DNA from: Pseudomonadota bacterium
Lineage (GTDB): Bacteria > Pseudomonadota > Alphaproteobacteria > Rickettsiales > UBA1997
Assembly: GCA_040386195.1 (NCBI GenBank)
Contig: JAZKFV010000006.1
Coordinates: 18,059 to 82,058 of the forward strand
Length of the DNA stretch: 64,000 nucleotides
Direction of reading: 5' to 3'
A program made the position numbers and the translations under genes. Position 1 is the stretch's first letter. Each line of letters opens with the position of its first letter. This document shows, piece after piece, positions 18,351 through 27,175 of this stretch. A model generated the notes under the pieces. That model saw nothing but the letters and a program-made list of their open reading frames with translations. It was not told where the DNA came from and did no database searches.

Positions 18351-18417
18351 AAGTTATAAGTGGTAAGTTGTAAGTAGTAAGTTGATCCGAGTGCGGTTTT
18401 ACTTACCACTTATAACT
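18351..18417. repeat. heptamer-array hairpin element between gcvPB stop and transporter start
   Basis: On the gene (minus) strand: AGTTATAAGTGGTAAGT - 32 nt - ACTTACT ACTTACA ACTTACC ACTTATA ACTT-ATG. The 17-nt arms at 18351-18367 and 18401-18417 are perfectly complementary. The array abuts the ATG at 18350. Confidence 0.85.
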
Positions 18418-19894
18418 AATTTGTTTCCATCCAAGTTAAAACCGGATTTTTCGCCGCCTTAACTTCGTCCAATCTGCGTTTTGGAGTGGAAACTGGGAAA
18501 GAATGGAATTTATCGCCGTCGCCATTTTCAACTTCTTTAGCGATATAAATCATAGTGTTAATGAATTGATCAACAGTTTCTTTGGTTTCGGTTTCAGTTG
18601 GCTCAATTAACATTGCGCCAGAAACTACCAATGGGAAGAAGACAGTCATTGGATGAAAGCCATATTCAACCAGAGCTTTGGCAATGTCTAAAGTGCTAAT
18701 ATCTTTAGCTTTTTGTAATTTATCAGTGAGCAAACATTCATGCATACAATTGCCGGAGAAAGGCACGTGATAATGATCTTTCAATTTAGCTAAAATATAA
18801 TTGGCGGATAAAACTGCATCTTCGGCAACTTTTTGTAAACCGTCAGTGCCGTGAGAAAGCATATAAGTTAAGGCGCGAACGTGCATTCCGAATTGACCGT
18901 TAAAACCCTTAACTTTGCCAACTGAATTTTTTGGGGCGATTAATTTATATTGATCATTCTCTTTAACAACATGCGGAGTTGGCAAAAATTCTTCTAAATC
19001 TTTACGAACTGCAATTGGTCCAGAACCAGGACCACCGCCGCCATGTGGGGTTGAAAAAGTTTTGTGTAAGTTAAAATGCATAACATCAACTCCCAAATCT
19101 GCGGGGCGAACTTTGCCAACAATAGCGTTGAAATTAGCGCCGTCGCAATAAAAATAAGCACCAACTGAGTGAATTAAATCAGCAATTTCTCTGATGCTTG
19201 GCTCAAACTTTCCGCAAGTGTTAGGGTTGGTAAGCATGATTCCAGCGATGTCTTCGCCATGTTCAGCAATTAATTTTCTGAATGTTTCCATATCAACCAA
19301 ACCTTCTTTGTTGGAAGGAACAACTTTGATTTGATAACCACAAACCGCTGCTGTTGCTGGGTTGGTGCCGTGAGCTGAATCGGGAATTAGAACAATTTTA
19401 CGGGCATTTCCTTTAGCCAATAATGCTTTTCTAATCACTAACATTCCCGCCAATTCACCTTGCGCGCCAGCGGCAGGAGCCAGAGAAACGGCTTCTAAGC
19501 CAGTTAAAGTTGCTAACCAATATTGTAAATTATGCATCAATTCCAAAGCGCCTTGAACGGTTGATTGGTCTTGTAAAGGATGAATATTTGCAAAGCCAGC
19601 AAGGCGTGCCACTTTTTCATTCAGCCGTGGATTATGCTTCATTGTGCAAGAACCTAGCGGATAAAACCCGCTATCAATTGAATAGTTTTGCTGTGACAAA
19701 CGCACGAAGTGACGAATCACTTGTGGTTCATTCACTTGCGGCAAACCAATTTCCACCCGCGGCTTTTGCCCGGTTCTGATTTGGAATTTTGGAACTTCCG
19801 GCAAATCAACGCCAATAGCGCCAACGCGGCTTTGTTTGATTAGGAGTTCAGTTTTGTTATTTAAGCCAACTTGAGCGGGGATAAAATTTTGCAT
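18416..19894 (-). CDS. gcvPB: glycine dehydrogenase (aminomethyl-transferring) subunit 2
   Basis: 492 aa, collinear with the GcvPB family as recalled (...PLGSCTMKHNP..., pyridoxal-lysine region HFNLHKTFSTPHGGGGPG). Confidence 0.9.
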   Translation of the reverse strand: MQNFIPAQVGLNNKTELLIKQSRVGAIGVDLPEVPKFQIRTGQKPRVEIGLPQVNEPQVIRHFVRLSQQNYSIDSGFYPLGSCTMKHNPRLNEKVARLAGFANIHPLQDQSTVQGALELMHNLQYWLATLTGLEAVSLAPAAGAQGELAGMLVIRKALLAKGNARKIVLIPDSAHGTNPATAAVCGYQIKVVPSNKEGLVDMETFRKLIAEHGEDIAGIMLTNPNTCGKFEPSIREIADLIHSVGAYFYCDGANFNAIVGKVRPADLGVDVMHFNLHKTFSTPHGGGGPGSGPIAVRKDLEEFLPTPHVVKENDQYKLIAPKNSVGKVKGFNGQFGMHVRALTYMLSHGTDGLQKVAEDAVLSANYILAKLKDHYHVPFSGNCMHECLLTDKLQKAKDISTLDIAKALVEYGFHPMTVFFPLVVSGAMLIEPTETETKETVDQFINTMIYIAKEVENGDGDKFHSFPVSTPKRRLDEVKAAKNPVLTWMETN

Positions 19895-19896
19895 TT

Positions 19897-20145
19897 TTAG
19901 TTTTTTATTTTTTGGTTAGTTAGTAATTCATAAAGCGATTCTGGAGCTAGATCAGCGCCGTTTTCCCAAGATAGAGTGTCATTCTCAATTTTAAAATTTT
20001 TGAAGTAATTTTTATCCTTTAAAGGTTGAAAAATTTCTCCCCATATTTTGCCAGACAGATCAACCTCACCATTTTTTCCGTCATTAAATTCAATCCAAAC
20101 CCGATAATCCTTGATGTATTTTGCGTCTATAACATGTTTAAACAT
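19897..20145 (-). CDS. DUF2442-family small protein
   Basis: 82 aa. C-terminal LSWENGADLAPESLYEL matches the DUF2442 signature (W-x-x-G-x-D-(L/I)-x-P-E-x-L-Y). Its stop is 2 nt from the gcvPB ATG. Confidence 0.6.
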   Translation of the reverse strand: MFKHVIDAKYIKDYRVWIEFNDGKNGEVDLSGKIWGEIFQPLKDKNYFKNFKIENDTLSWENGADLAPESLYELLTNQKIKN

Positions 20146-20150
20146 AATAA

Positions 20151-20378
20151 CTACTCCAAAGGTTCAATTTTATTTAAGGGTTTTCTATTAACTGCCAATT
20201 GCCAATCCTGTAACAATTCTTCTTTATGTAAATTGTACCAATTAAGAACTGCCCTTAATTCTTTTTTTGGAAAATCACCCTTTATGGCTCCAGATTCAAT
20301 ATCGACACTAATTTCATAATTTCCATATTTTGCATGAAAATGTGCTGGATTATGTTCGTCATAATACATTGAAATCAC
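20151..20378 (-). CDS. DUF4160-family small protein
   Basis: 75 aa. N-terminal MISMYYDEHNPAHFHAKYG matches the DUF4160 E-H-x-P-x-H-(F/V)-H motif. Lies 5 nt upstream of the DUF2442 gene. Confidence 0.6.
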   Translation of the reverse strand: MISMYYDEHNPAHFHAKYGNYEISVDIESGAIKGDFPKKELRAVLNWYNLHKEELLQDWQLAVNRKPLNKIEPLE

Positions 20379-20453
20379 AATTCCAAAAAGCGACTAATCT
20401 CGGGCATAATTCGTGGGTGTTTTGGGGTTTAATAAAATGGTGAATTTAAAAAA

Positions 20454-21734
20454 CTATTTTAAAATTTCTGCCAATTCTTGAGCAAAAATTTCCATATCAT
20501 TTGTCGAAGTTAATTCAGTTGCTGCAACCAGCAATTTATTGCCTTCCAAAGCTAAACCGCCAATGATATTTTTTTCTAATAATTTTTTATTTACTTCCGC
20601 AGAATCTTGAGATAGTTCAATGGTAAATTCATTGAAAAAACTTTCGTTTAAAACTTTTACGCCTTTAACAGCTGATAATTTTTCTGCCAAATCGTAGGCT
20701 TTTTTGTGGTTGATTAATGCTAAATGTTTGAAGCCAATTTCACCTAAAAGCATTGAGTGAATTGTAAAGGCGGTGGCGCACAGGCCTTGGTTGGAGCAAA
20801 TGTTGGAAGTGGCTTTTTCGCGTCTGATATGTTGTTCTCTGGCGTTGAGAGTTAGAACATATCCGGGCTCGCCATTTTCGTCAGTGGTTAAACCGCAAAT
20901 TCTGCCGGGCATTTGGCGCACATCGGCTTTTTTGCAAGCGAAAAATCCTAAATGTGGGCCGCCGAAATTTAAGCCAACGCCAATTGATGCAGCTTCGCCA
21001 ACCACGATATCAGCCATGCGCGGAGCTTCTAATAAACCTAAAGCTAAAACTTCAGTTACAACAACAATCATCAACGCACCAACAGCGTCGCATTTTTTTC
21101 TGATGCTTTCTAAATCAGTAATATTGCCGTGAAAATCAGGATAGCTGACAATTACGCAAGCGGTTTGCTCATTTAAATTTTGATTAATTTGAGCTCCGGC
21201 TAAGTCGGTGTAAGTGTGAATAACTTCTTGATAATCAGCGTTTAAAGCGTTGTGAATAAAAATATTTTTGCGATCTTTTTTAATTCTGAGCGTCATCAAA
21301 ATTGCTTCTGCCAAAGAAGTGGCGCCGTCATACATTGAGGCGTTGGCAACTTCCATTCCGGTTAAAAGAGCGATGATGCTTTGAAATTGAAAAATAGTTG
21401 CCAAAGTGCCTTGAGCAATTTCAGGCTGATAAGGTGTGTAAGAAGTTAAATATTCCGAGCGTTGAATGATGTGATCAACTGAAGCGGGAATATGATGGTT
21501 GTAACAACCAGCACCTAAAAAAAACGGAGCCGAATTTGCCGGGCGATTTTTTTTGCTTAAATTGCTCAAGAAATTTTCCACTTCAATTTCACCTTGATGA
21601 AGAGGAAGCTCTTTGATTGGCTGTTTTAAAAGCGCATCTAACGGAACGGCATCGTATAAATTATCAACCGAACTAACTCCGATTGCTTTAAGCATTTCGT
21701 CGTGATCTTGTTTGGTAAGTGCCAAATAGCGCAT
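20454..21734 (-). CDS. gcvPA: glycine dehydrogenase (aminomethyl-transferring) subunit 1
   Basis: 426 aa. N-terminus MRYLALTKQDHDEMLKAIGV and the YTPYQPEIAQGTL motif are typical of GcvPA. Confidence 0.9.
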   Translation of the reverse strand: MRYLALTKQDHDEMLKAIGVSSVDNLYDAVPLDALLKQPIKELPLHQGEIEVENFLSNLSKKNRPANSAPFFLGAGCYNHHIPASVDHIIQRSEYLTSYTPYQPEIAQGTLATIFQFQSIIALLTGMEVANASMYDGATSLAEAILMTLRIKKDRKNIFIHNALNADYQEVIHTYTDLAGAQINQNLNEQTACVIVSYPDFHGNITDLESIRKKCDAVGALMIVVVTEVLALGLLEAPRMADIVVGEAASIGVGLNFGGPHLGFFACKKADVRQMPGRICGLTTDENGEPGYVLTLNAREQHIRREKATSNICSNQGLCATAFTIHSMLLGEIGFKHLALINHKKAYDLAEKLSAVKGVKVLNESFFNEFTIELSQDSAEVNKKLLEKNIIGGLALEGNKLLVAATELTSTNDMEIFAQELAEILK

Positions 21735-21881
21735 AAATTATGGGAAATTGAGAATTGATTTAGATTAAAAAAGACGGCGAACTGTAGGGGTTTATCCTAA
21801 TTTTTCAATAAATTTTCTTAGAATCTGTTTAGAGCCTGTCTTTCAACATAAAATTAAGCAACTAAGGCTCAAAACCATTCA

Positions 21882-22067
21882 TTATCGATATTGAGATTGA
21901 TAAGCGTCGTGTTTTTTGCCAATAATTCTAAAGCAATGCTGCATCTCCGCATCCATTTGATCACTAGGAAAATTTTTAGGTTTGAACTTCAAGGTAGTAA
22001 CTTGAGGATCATTTAATACAAACGCCAAACTTTGTGCATCAAATCCTGTAATTTCTCGTTCGTGCAT
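21882..22067 (-). pseudogene. truncated N-terminal duplicate of the LRR gene (61-aa ORF)
   Basis: The start region 22056-22086 (TCTCGTTCGTGCATTTTTCTTTGAATTAAATG) nearly duplicates 23996-24028 upstream of and into the LRR gene. Peptide MHERE...NDPQVTTLKF parallels MRERR...GDPLVTDLEL. No LRR body follows. Confidence 0.5.
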
Positions 22068-22238
22068 TTTTCTTTGAATTAAATGTAATAAAAAAACTTA
22101 CAATTGAGCTTAACTAATTTTAAGCAAGAATATAGCTCTAAAACCAGATATTTTTAATATCTGAAACTTAATTTTAATTAGCAAATAGAAATTAAATTAG
22201 TAAATCCAGGATTGTTTAATCTGTTAATAATCTTCTAC

Positions 22239-22436
22239 CTAGCTTGACTTTCTACTCCGCCTTGAGCTGACACAGCAAGAGTTGCCCTCACAATTGCGTT
22301 AGGAACTTCTGTTGGTTTGGTCATCTGAAGAACTGTAATCACTACATCTTGCTCAAGTTTTCTGAGCGGATGATTTTTGTCTGACTCGGTATCTTTTTTA
22401 TTTGGGAGAAATTGACTACCAACAATAATAACGGCT
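22239..22436 (-). pseudogene. out-of-frame fragment homologous to the C-terminus of the LRR protein
   Basis: The minus-strand frame gives KDTESDKNHPLRKLEQDVVITVLQMTKPTEVPNAIVRATLAVSAQGGVESQAR-stop. This parallels YENHPLKKLPQDLLRVVHDISIDAHLKSPNPIIQSAFAKQAQ of ORF 22440-24008. It has no start codon and is in a different frame from the upstream stop. Confidence 0.5.
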
Positions 22437-22439
22437 GCA

Positions 22440-24008
22440 TTATGTAATCTTTGGGCCTTGTTTATCTAGCCTTTCCTGCGCTTGTTTAGCAAAAGCTGAT
22501 TGTATAATAGGGTTGGGAGATTTTAAATGTGCATCAATTGATATATCGTGAACTACTCTAAGCAAATCTTGGGGAAGTTTTTTGAGTGGGTGGTTTTCAT
22601 ATTTTTTGTCGTCTTCAACTTCTAGAGTTTCTTCTCCTGATGCTTTTTCTCTTGGGGTTTTCTCAGTGCTGGCAAATTCCATCGTCAAAAGATGCACCTC
22701 TTCTTTTCTGTGCCTTATCTCAATAGCTCCATCAAAAGCTTCTTGATATTGTGGATTACGGCAATAAATTTTTTCTATTTTACATTCAGGAGTCATAAGA
22801 GTTGAAGCAATTGCTGTTGCTGCTGGCTCCTCTTCAATAAATCTGGTTCCACTAAAATCAAGGGTGACAAGGGTTTTATTTTCTTCAAGGACTGTAGCAA
22901 TAATATTTGCCAATTCTTCTCGTAACACCACTTCTGTTTCTGCCATTGCTCTTGCTGTTTCTAATTCTAATTCCTGAAAAAGAATGTTGTTATTACCAAG
23001 ATTAAGTTTGGTGAGAGTTTGGTTTGTTAAAAGGGCGGTAATAATTTGTGTCGCTCCTTCAGCGCCAATATTGTTCTGAAAAAGATTAAGATTGGTAAGT
23101 GGTGTATTTGTCTCAAGGACTGCAGCAATCGCCATTGCTCCTTCAGTACCAATTCGGTTAAGAGAACAATCAAGATCGGTAATTGTTGTGTTTGTCTCCA
23201 AAGCTTTAGCAATTGCTGTTACTCCTGTATTACCGAATATGTTACCAAGAAGTTCAAGACTGGTAAGTGTTGCGTTTGTTTGAAGAGCCCGAGCAATTTC
23301 TTCAACTTCTAAATCACCAAACATATTGCCATTAAGATTAAGACTTTTAAGTGTTGTGTTTGTTGCAAGGGCTGTAGCAATTTCTTTAACTCCTTCATAA
23401 CTAACCGTGTTATCAGAAAAATTAAGATTGATAAGCAGTGTATTTTTTATGAGAAGACTGGCATCCATTGTTCCTTCATAACCCATCCTGTTAAAACCAA
23501 GAGCAAGACTAGTGAGTGTAGTGTTTGTTGCAAGGGCTGTACTAATTTCTCTGACCCCATCACCACCAAGCATGTTATTATTAAGACCAAGACTAGTAAG
23601 TGTTGTGTTTTTTGTAAGAGCCGTGGCAATTGCTTTTGCTCCTTCAACACCAATTCTGTTACCAGAAAGATCAAGATTGGTAAGTGCTTTATTTTTGGTG
23701 AGAAGACTGGCAATTGCCATTGCTCCTTCATCACCAAACCTGTTAGTATCGAGACTAAGACTGCTAAGCTTTGTGTTTGTTTCAAGAGCCTCAGCAATTT
23801 TTTTTATTGTTTTAAGATCGCATCTTCCAGTAGCGGTAAGGCTGATAAGTGTTGTGTTTGTTGCCAACAATTCTAAAGCCGGGGCTATTTCTTCATCTGT
23901 TTTAGACCCAAGTTGAAATCCTAACTCCAAATCAGTGACTAGAGGATCACCTAGTGCACCCATCATATCTTCTAATGTATAAGCATATTTCGTTCTTCGT
24001 TCGCGCAT
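22440..24008 (-). CDS. eukaryote-like leucine-rich repeat protein (ribonuclease-inhibitor / NLR type, about 12 x 28-aa repeats)
   Basis: 522 aa. Regular 28-residue repeats of the form LTSLxLxxNxIGxEGAxAIAxALxTNTT. The repetitive DNA also generates several spurious antisense ORFs. Confidence 0.85.
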   Translation of the reverse strand: MRERRTKYAYTLEDMMGALGDPLVTDLELGFQLGSKTDEEIAPALELLATNTTLISLTATGRCDLKTIKKIAEALETNTKLSSLSLDTNRFGDEGAMAIASLLTKNKALTNLDLSGNRIGVEGAKAIATALTKNTTLTSLGLNNNMLGGDGVREISTALATNTTLTSLALGFNRMGYEGTMDASLLIKNTLLINLNFSDNTVSYEGVKEIATALATNTTLKSLNLNGNMFGDLEVEEIARALQTNATLTSLELLGNIFGNTGVTAIAKALETNTTITDLDCSLNRIGTEGAMAIAAVLETNTPLTNLNLFQNNIGAEGATQIITALLTNQTLTKLNLGNNNILFQELELETARAMAETEVVLREELANIIATVLEENKTLVTLDFSGTRFIEEEPAATAIASTLMTPECKIEKIYCRNPQYQEAFDGAIEIRHRKEEVHLLTMEFASTEKTPREKASGEETLEVEDDKKYENHPLKKLPQDLLRVVHDISIDAHLKSPNPIIQSAFAKQAQERLDKQGPKIT

Positions 24009-24180
24009 TTTTCTTTGAATTAAATTAATTTACGACCTTTTAAAAAGTTGAATTATCAATCTTTGATTCGCAAAATTTTTGCCAAAAAATTTTGCTTTAA
24101 CTAAATTTATGAATAATGCATTATTTTGAAAATCAAAGATATTTAATATTCCAAATCAATTTCAACTAGCAAATATATTT

Positions 24181-25926
24181 ATGCCTAAATTCGACAAATC
24201 AAAATTGCCTTCCCGTTATGTAACCAACTCTCACGGCTGTGAAGGGCGCAAGACGATGCTTTATAATATTAAGACCGATTTATATCCGGAAGGTTTGACT
24301 GAAGATGATTTACAAAAGCCATTTGTTGGCGTGGTTAGCGCGTGGAATGAGGCGGCGCCTTGTAATATTGCGTTGCAGCGTCAAGCGCAGCCGGCGAAAA
24401 AAGGTGTTAAAGATGCGGGTGCAACGCCGCGCGAGTTCACAACTATTACAGTAACCGACGGAATTGCCAATGGCCATCAAGGAATGAAATCGTCTTTAGT
24501 TTCGCGTGAAGTGATCGCCGATTCTATTGAAGTTACCGTGCGTGGGCATTCATACGACGCGCTAGTTGGTTTGGCGGGTTGCGATAAATCTTTGCCGGGA
24601 ATGATGATGGCAATGTGTCGGCTTAATGTGCCTTCAGTATTTATGTATGGCGGCTCAATTTTGCCCGGAAAATTTAAAGGCAAAGATGTAACCATCGTTG
24701 ATGTCTTTGAAGCAGTCGGGCAGTTTGATGCCGGCAAAATGACTGCCGATGATTTGCGCGCTTTATCCAAAGTTGCTTGCCCTTCGGCTGGCGCTTGCGG
24801 CGGGCAATTTACTGCCAATACAATGGCTTGTGTTTCAGAAGCAATTGGTTTGGCATTGCCCGGCTCCAGCGGCGCGCCAGCTCCTTATCAATCGCGTGAT
24901 GAATATGCTTATGAATCGGGAAAAGCGGTGGTGGAATTAATCAGAAAAAATATTCGCCCCCGAGATATTGTAACTTTAAAATCTTTAGAAAACGCCGCAA
25001 CTATTGTTGCCGCAACTGGCGGATCAACCAACGCCGCGCTTCATTTGCCAGCAATTGCTAATGAATGTGGAATTGATTTTGATATTTTTGCGGTTGGCGA
25101 AATTTTCAAAAAAACTCCTTACATCGCCGATATGAAACCAGGAGGAAAATATGTTGCTAAAGATTTATACGAAGCGGGCGGTGTGCAAATGATTTTGAAA
25201 GTGTTGTTTGACGCCGGATTTATTCACGGCGATTGCATGACTGTAACTGGCAAAACTATGGCCGAAAATTTGCGCGATGTAAAATTTAACGAAAATCAAG
25301 ATGTAGTTTATAAACCAGAAAAACCTTTATCACCAACTGGCGGCGTGGTTATTTTGAAAGGCAATTTAGCAATTGACGGCGCTATCGTAAAAGTTGCTGG
25401 AATGAAAAAAGATCAACTAAAATTCACCGGCACAGCTTTGTGTTTTGACAATGAAGAAGATTGCTTCAAAGCCGTTGAAAACAAACAATATCAAGCCGGC
25501 GATGTTTTGGTAATCAGATATGAAGGCCCAAAAGGCGGCCCGGGAATGCGCGAAATGTTAGCCACCACTGCGGCAATTTATGGCCAAGGAATGGGCGACA
25601 AAGTGGCGCTGATTACTGATGGCAGATTTTCCGGCGGCACACGCGGTTTCTGCGTTGGTCACATTAATCCAGAAGCCGCAGTTGGCGGCACAATCGCGCT
25701 TTTAAAAAACGGCGACAAAATAATTCTCGATGCGGTTAACGGCACAATTGATGTTGATTTATCAGCAGAAGAGTTAGAAAAACGCCGCCAAGAATGGCGT
25801 CCAAGAGAAACTGATTACACCACCGGAACTTTGTGGAAATATACTCAAACCGTAGGCTCAGCCCGATTCGGCGCGGTTACGCATCCGGGCGCGAAAAAAG
25901 AGAAAAAATGTTACGCGGATATTTAG
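24181..25926 (+). CDS. ilvD: dihydroxy-acid dehydratase
   Basis: 581 aa with [29 protein letters not shown] and [19 protein letters not shown] motifs of the IlvD/Edd family. Confidence 0.88.
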   Translation: MPKFDKSKLPSRYVTNSHGCEGRKTMLYNIKTDLYPEGLTEDDLQKPFVGVVSAWNEAAPCNIALQRQAQPAKKGVKDAGATPREFTTITVTDGIANGHQGMKSSLVSREVIADSIEVTVRGHSYDALVGLAGCDKSLPGMMMAMCRLNVPSVFMYGGSILPGKFKGKDVTIVDVFEAVGQFDAGKMTADDLRALSKVACPSAGACGGQFTANTMACVSEAIGLALPGSSGAPAPYQSRDEYAYESGKAVVELIRKNIRPRDIVTLKSLENAATIVAATGGSTNAALHLPAIANECGIDFDIFAVGEIFKKTPYIADMKPGGKYVAKDLYEAGGVQMILKVLFDAGFIHGDCMTVTGKTMAENLRDVKFNENQDVVYKPEKPLSPTGGVVILKGNLAIDGAIVKVAGMKKDQLKFTGTALCFDNEEDCFKAVENKQYQAGDVLVIRYEGPKGGPGMREMLATTAAIYGQGMGDKVALITDGRFSGGTRGFCVGHINPEAAVGGTIALLKNGDKIILDAVNGTIDVDLSAEELEKRRQEWRPRETDYTTGTLWKYTQTVGSARFGAVTHPGAKKEKKCYADI

Positions 25927-26031
25927 TTAACGCAATGCGGTAGAAAGTTTTAAATAAAATTTGGCAGTTATCTCTTAAAAAACAAATTCAATTTCTAACC
26001 TGAAACGCGATTTATCCCAAATAGATATTTT

Positions 26032-26065
26032 TTAATTACCGTCGGCTCTAACCGACGGTAATTAA
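26032..26065. terminator. perfect 14-bp stem / 6-nt loop palindrome between convergent genes (possible bidirectional terminator)
   Basis: TTAATTACCGTCGG-CTCTAA-CCGACGGTAATTAA, flanked by a T-run (26026-26031) and an A-run (26066-26070). Lies between the ilvD stop (25926) and the stop of ORF 26172-27170. A 21-bp direct repeat AAGGAATAATTTTAAAATTTA x2 follows at 26101-26142. Confidence 0.45.
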
Positions 26066-26171
26066 AAAAGATTATCAAATTAAAATTGATTTTGTGCTTC
26101 AAGGAATAATTTTAAAATTTAAAGGAATAATTTTAAAATTTAGAAATCTGCGCAGTGCATTCCCAAAAATT

Positions 26172-27170
26172 TTATTTGGAAACTTCCACTGGTTTTTTTG
26201 CCGTTGATAAAATTTGTGATTTTGCTAATTGCGGATTTGTGGGAGAATAAGTGTCAATCACATCTGCCGTCAAATTTTCTGTGAATAATTGTGAAAAACC
26301 ATCCGGTTTTTCTTGTGTAATTTGTTCTTTTCTTGTGGCTAAGTCAAAAGCCTCAACTTCAGCTCTTAACTCTCTTAGTGTTTGATTAATTTTCTCAGCT
26401 TGGTATTTGTCATCTTTAATTTTGTCATCAAGAATTTTTAAAACTAAATCTTTTGGGCTTTGTTCTTTGTGGTCTTTTTGTTCAGGATCGGCGCCCAATT
26501 TTAATAATTGTTTAATGATAAATTCATACTGGCTTTGCGTTGATAAATGAAGCATCAAAAAACTTTGTTTTTCTTCGCCAAGGCTAGAGGCAAAATCGGT
26601 TTTAAACCAGTTTTTTTCTTTTGTGAGGGTTTCAAACTTTTCATTTAAAACATCGCGCCAATATTGTGAAAATGCCCAATGTAACAAACTTGCGCCTTGC
26701 TGATTATAAGTAGCTTTAATTGATTGTTTTGCTTGAGCAGGATCAATTTCGTGCGCCAATTTTAATAATTTTGTAAATTCTTCAAGCATATTAAAATAGG
26801 CGCATAAGGGCAAAAATTTGATAATCCAGCTGTAATAGTTTTCAAGTTTATCTCTTGGAGTTTCTTCTAAAGTTTCGTAGGTTGTTTTTAAAAAATTTGA
26901 GAATTTTTTAAAAATTCCAAATTGTCCCCACGAAGCTTCAGGGATTGGCTCTAAAATTTCTACGCAATCTTTTGAAGAGCCAACCGCAAAGGCTAATGCC
27001 GCAAACATTTTAATTTGAAATTGTAATTCTTCTAAATTTTCTGGATCGTCAAATGGTTTTCTATTGATATTTTCATCGGCCAATCTTGTTGCCTGATCAA
27101 TTCTTCCAAAAACATTTGCCGCAGTTATATCGTATGTTACGCCGTCAACTGTAATTTTTTTGTTTCTCAT
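26172..27170 (-). CDS. hypothetical protein with a C-terminal ankyrin-like repeat
   Basis: 332-aa ORF. GASLLHWAFSQYW ... IIKQLLKLGADPEQKD resembles a single ANK repeat. It starts 5 nt after the znuC stop. Confidence 0.5.
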   Translation of the reverse strand: MRNKKITVDGVTYDITAANVFGRIDQATRLADENINRKPFDDPENLEELQFQIKMFAALAFAVGSSKDCVEILEPIPEASWGQFGIFKKFSNFLKTTYETLEETPRDKLENYYSWIIKFLPLCAYFNMLEEFTKLLKLAHEIDPAQAKQSIKATYNQQGASLLHWAFSQYWRDVLNEKFETLTKEKNWFKTDFASSLGEEKQSFLMLHLSTQSQYEFIIKQLLKLGADPEQKDHKEQSPKDLVLKILDDKIKDDKYQAEKINQTLRELRAEVEAFDLATRKEQITQEKPDGFSQLFTENLTADVIDTYSPTNPQLAKSQILSTAKKPVEVSK

Positions 27171-27175
27171 ATTTT

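Noticed and set aside
21735-21881. A glycine riboswitch upstream of gcvPA.
   Set aside because: I read the leader on the gene strand and could not find the conserved glycine-aptamer core (GGAGAG...CACCG...CTCAGGC-type elements). In many genomes the riboswitch precedes gcvT, which is not in this window.
22500-22600. A shared C-terminal LP-x-D-(L/I)-x-x-x-(V/I) motif, considered as a C-terminal F-box-like or secretion motif. It occurs in the LRR protein (KKLPQDLLRVVHDISIDA), its fragment (RKLEQDVVITVLQM) and ORF 15039-16052 (LPLPADIKDHIARILIGA).
   Set aside because: The motif is only ~15 residues long and lacks the second half of an F-box (no conserved Trp region). The similarity could be chance. 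It is worth a profile search but is not supportable from the sequence alone.
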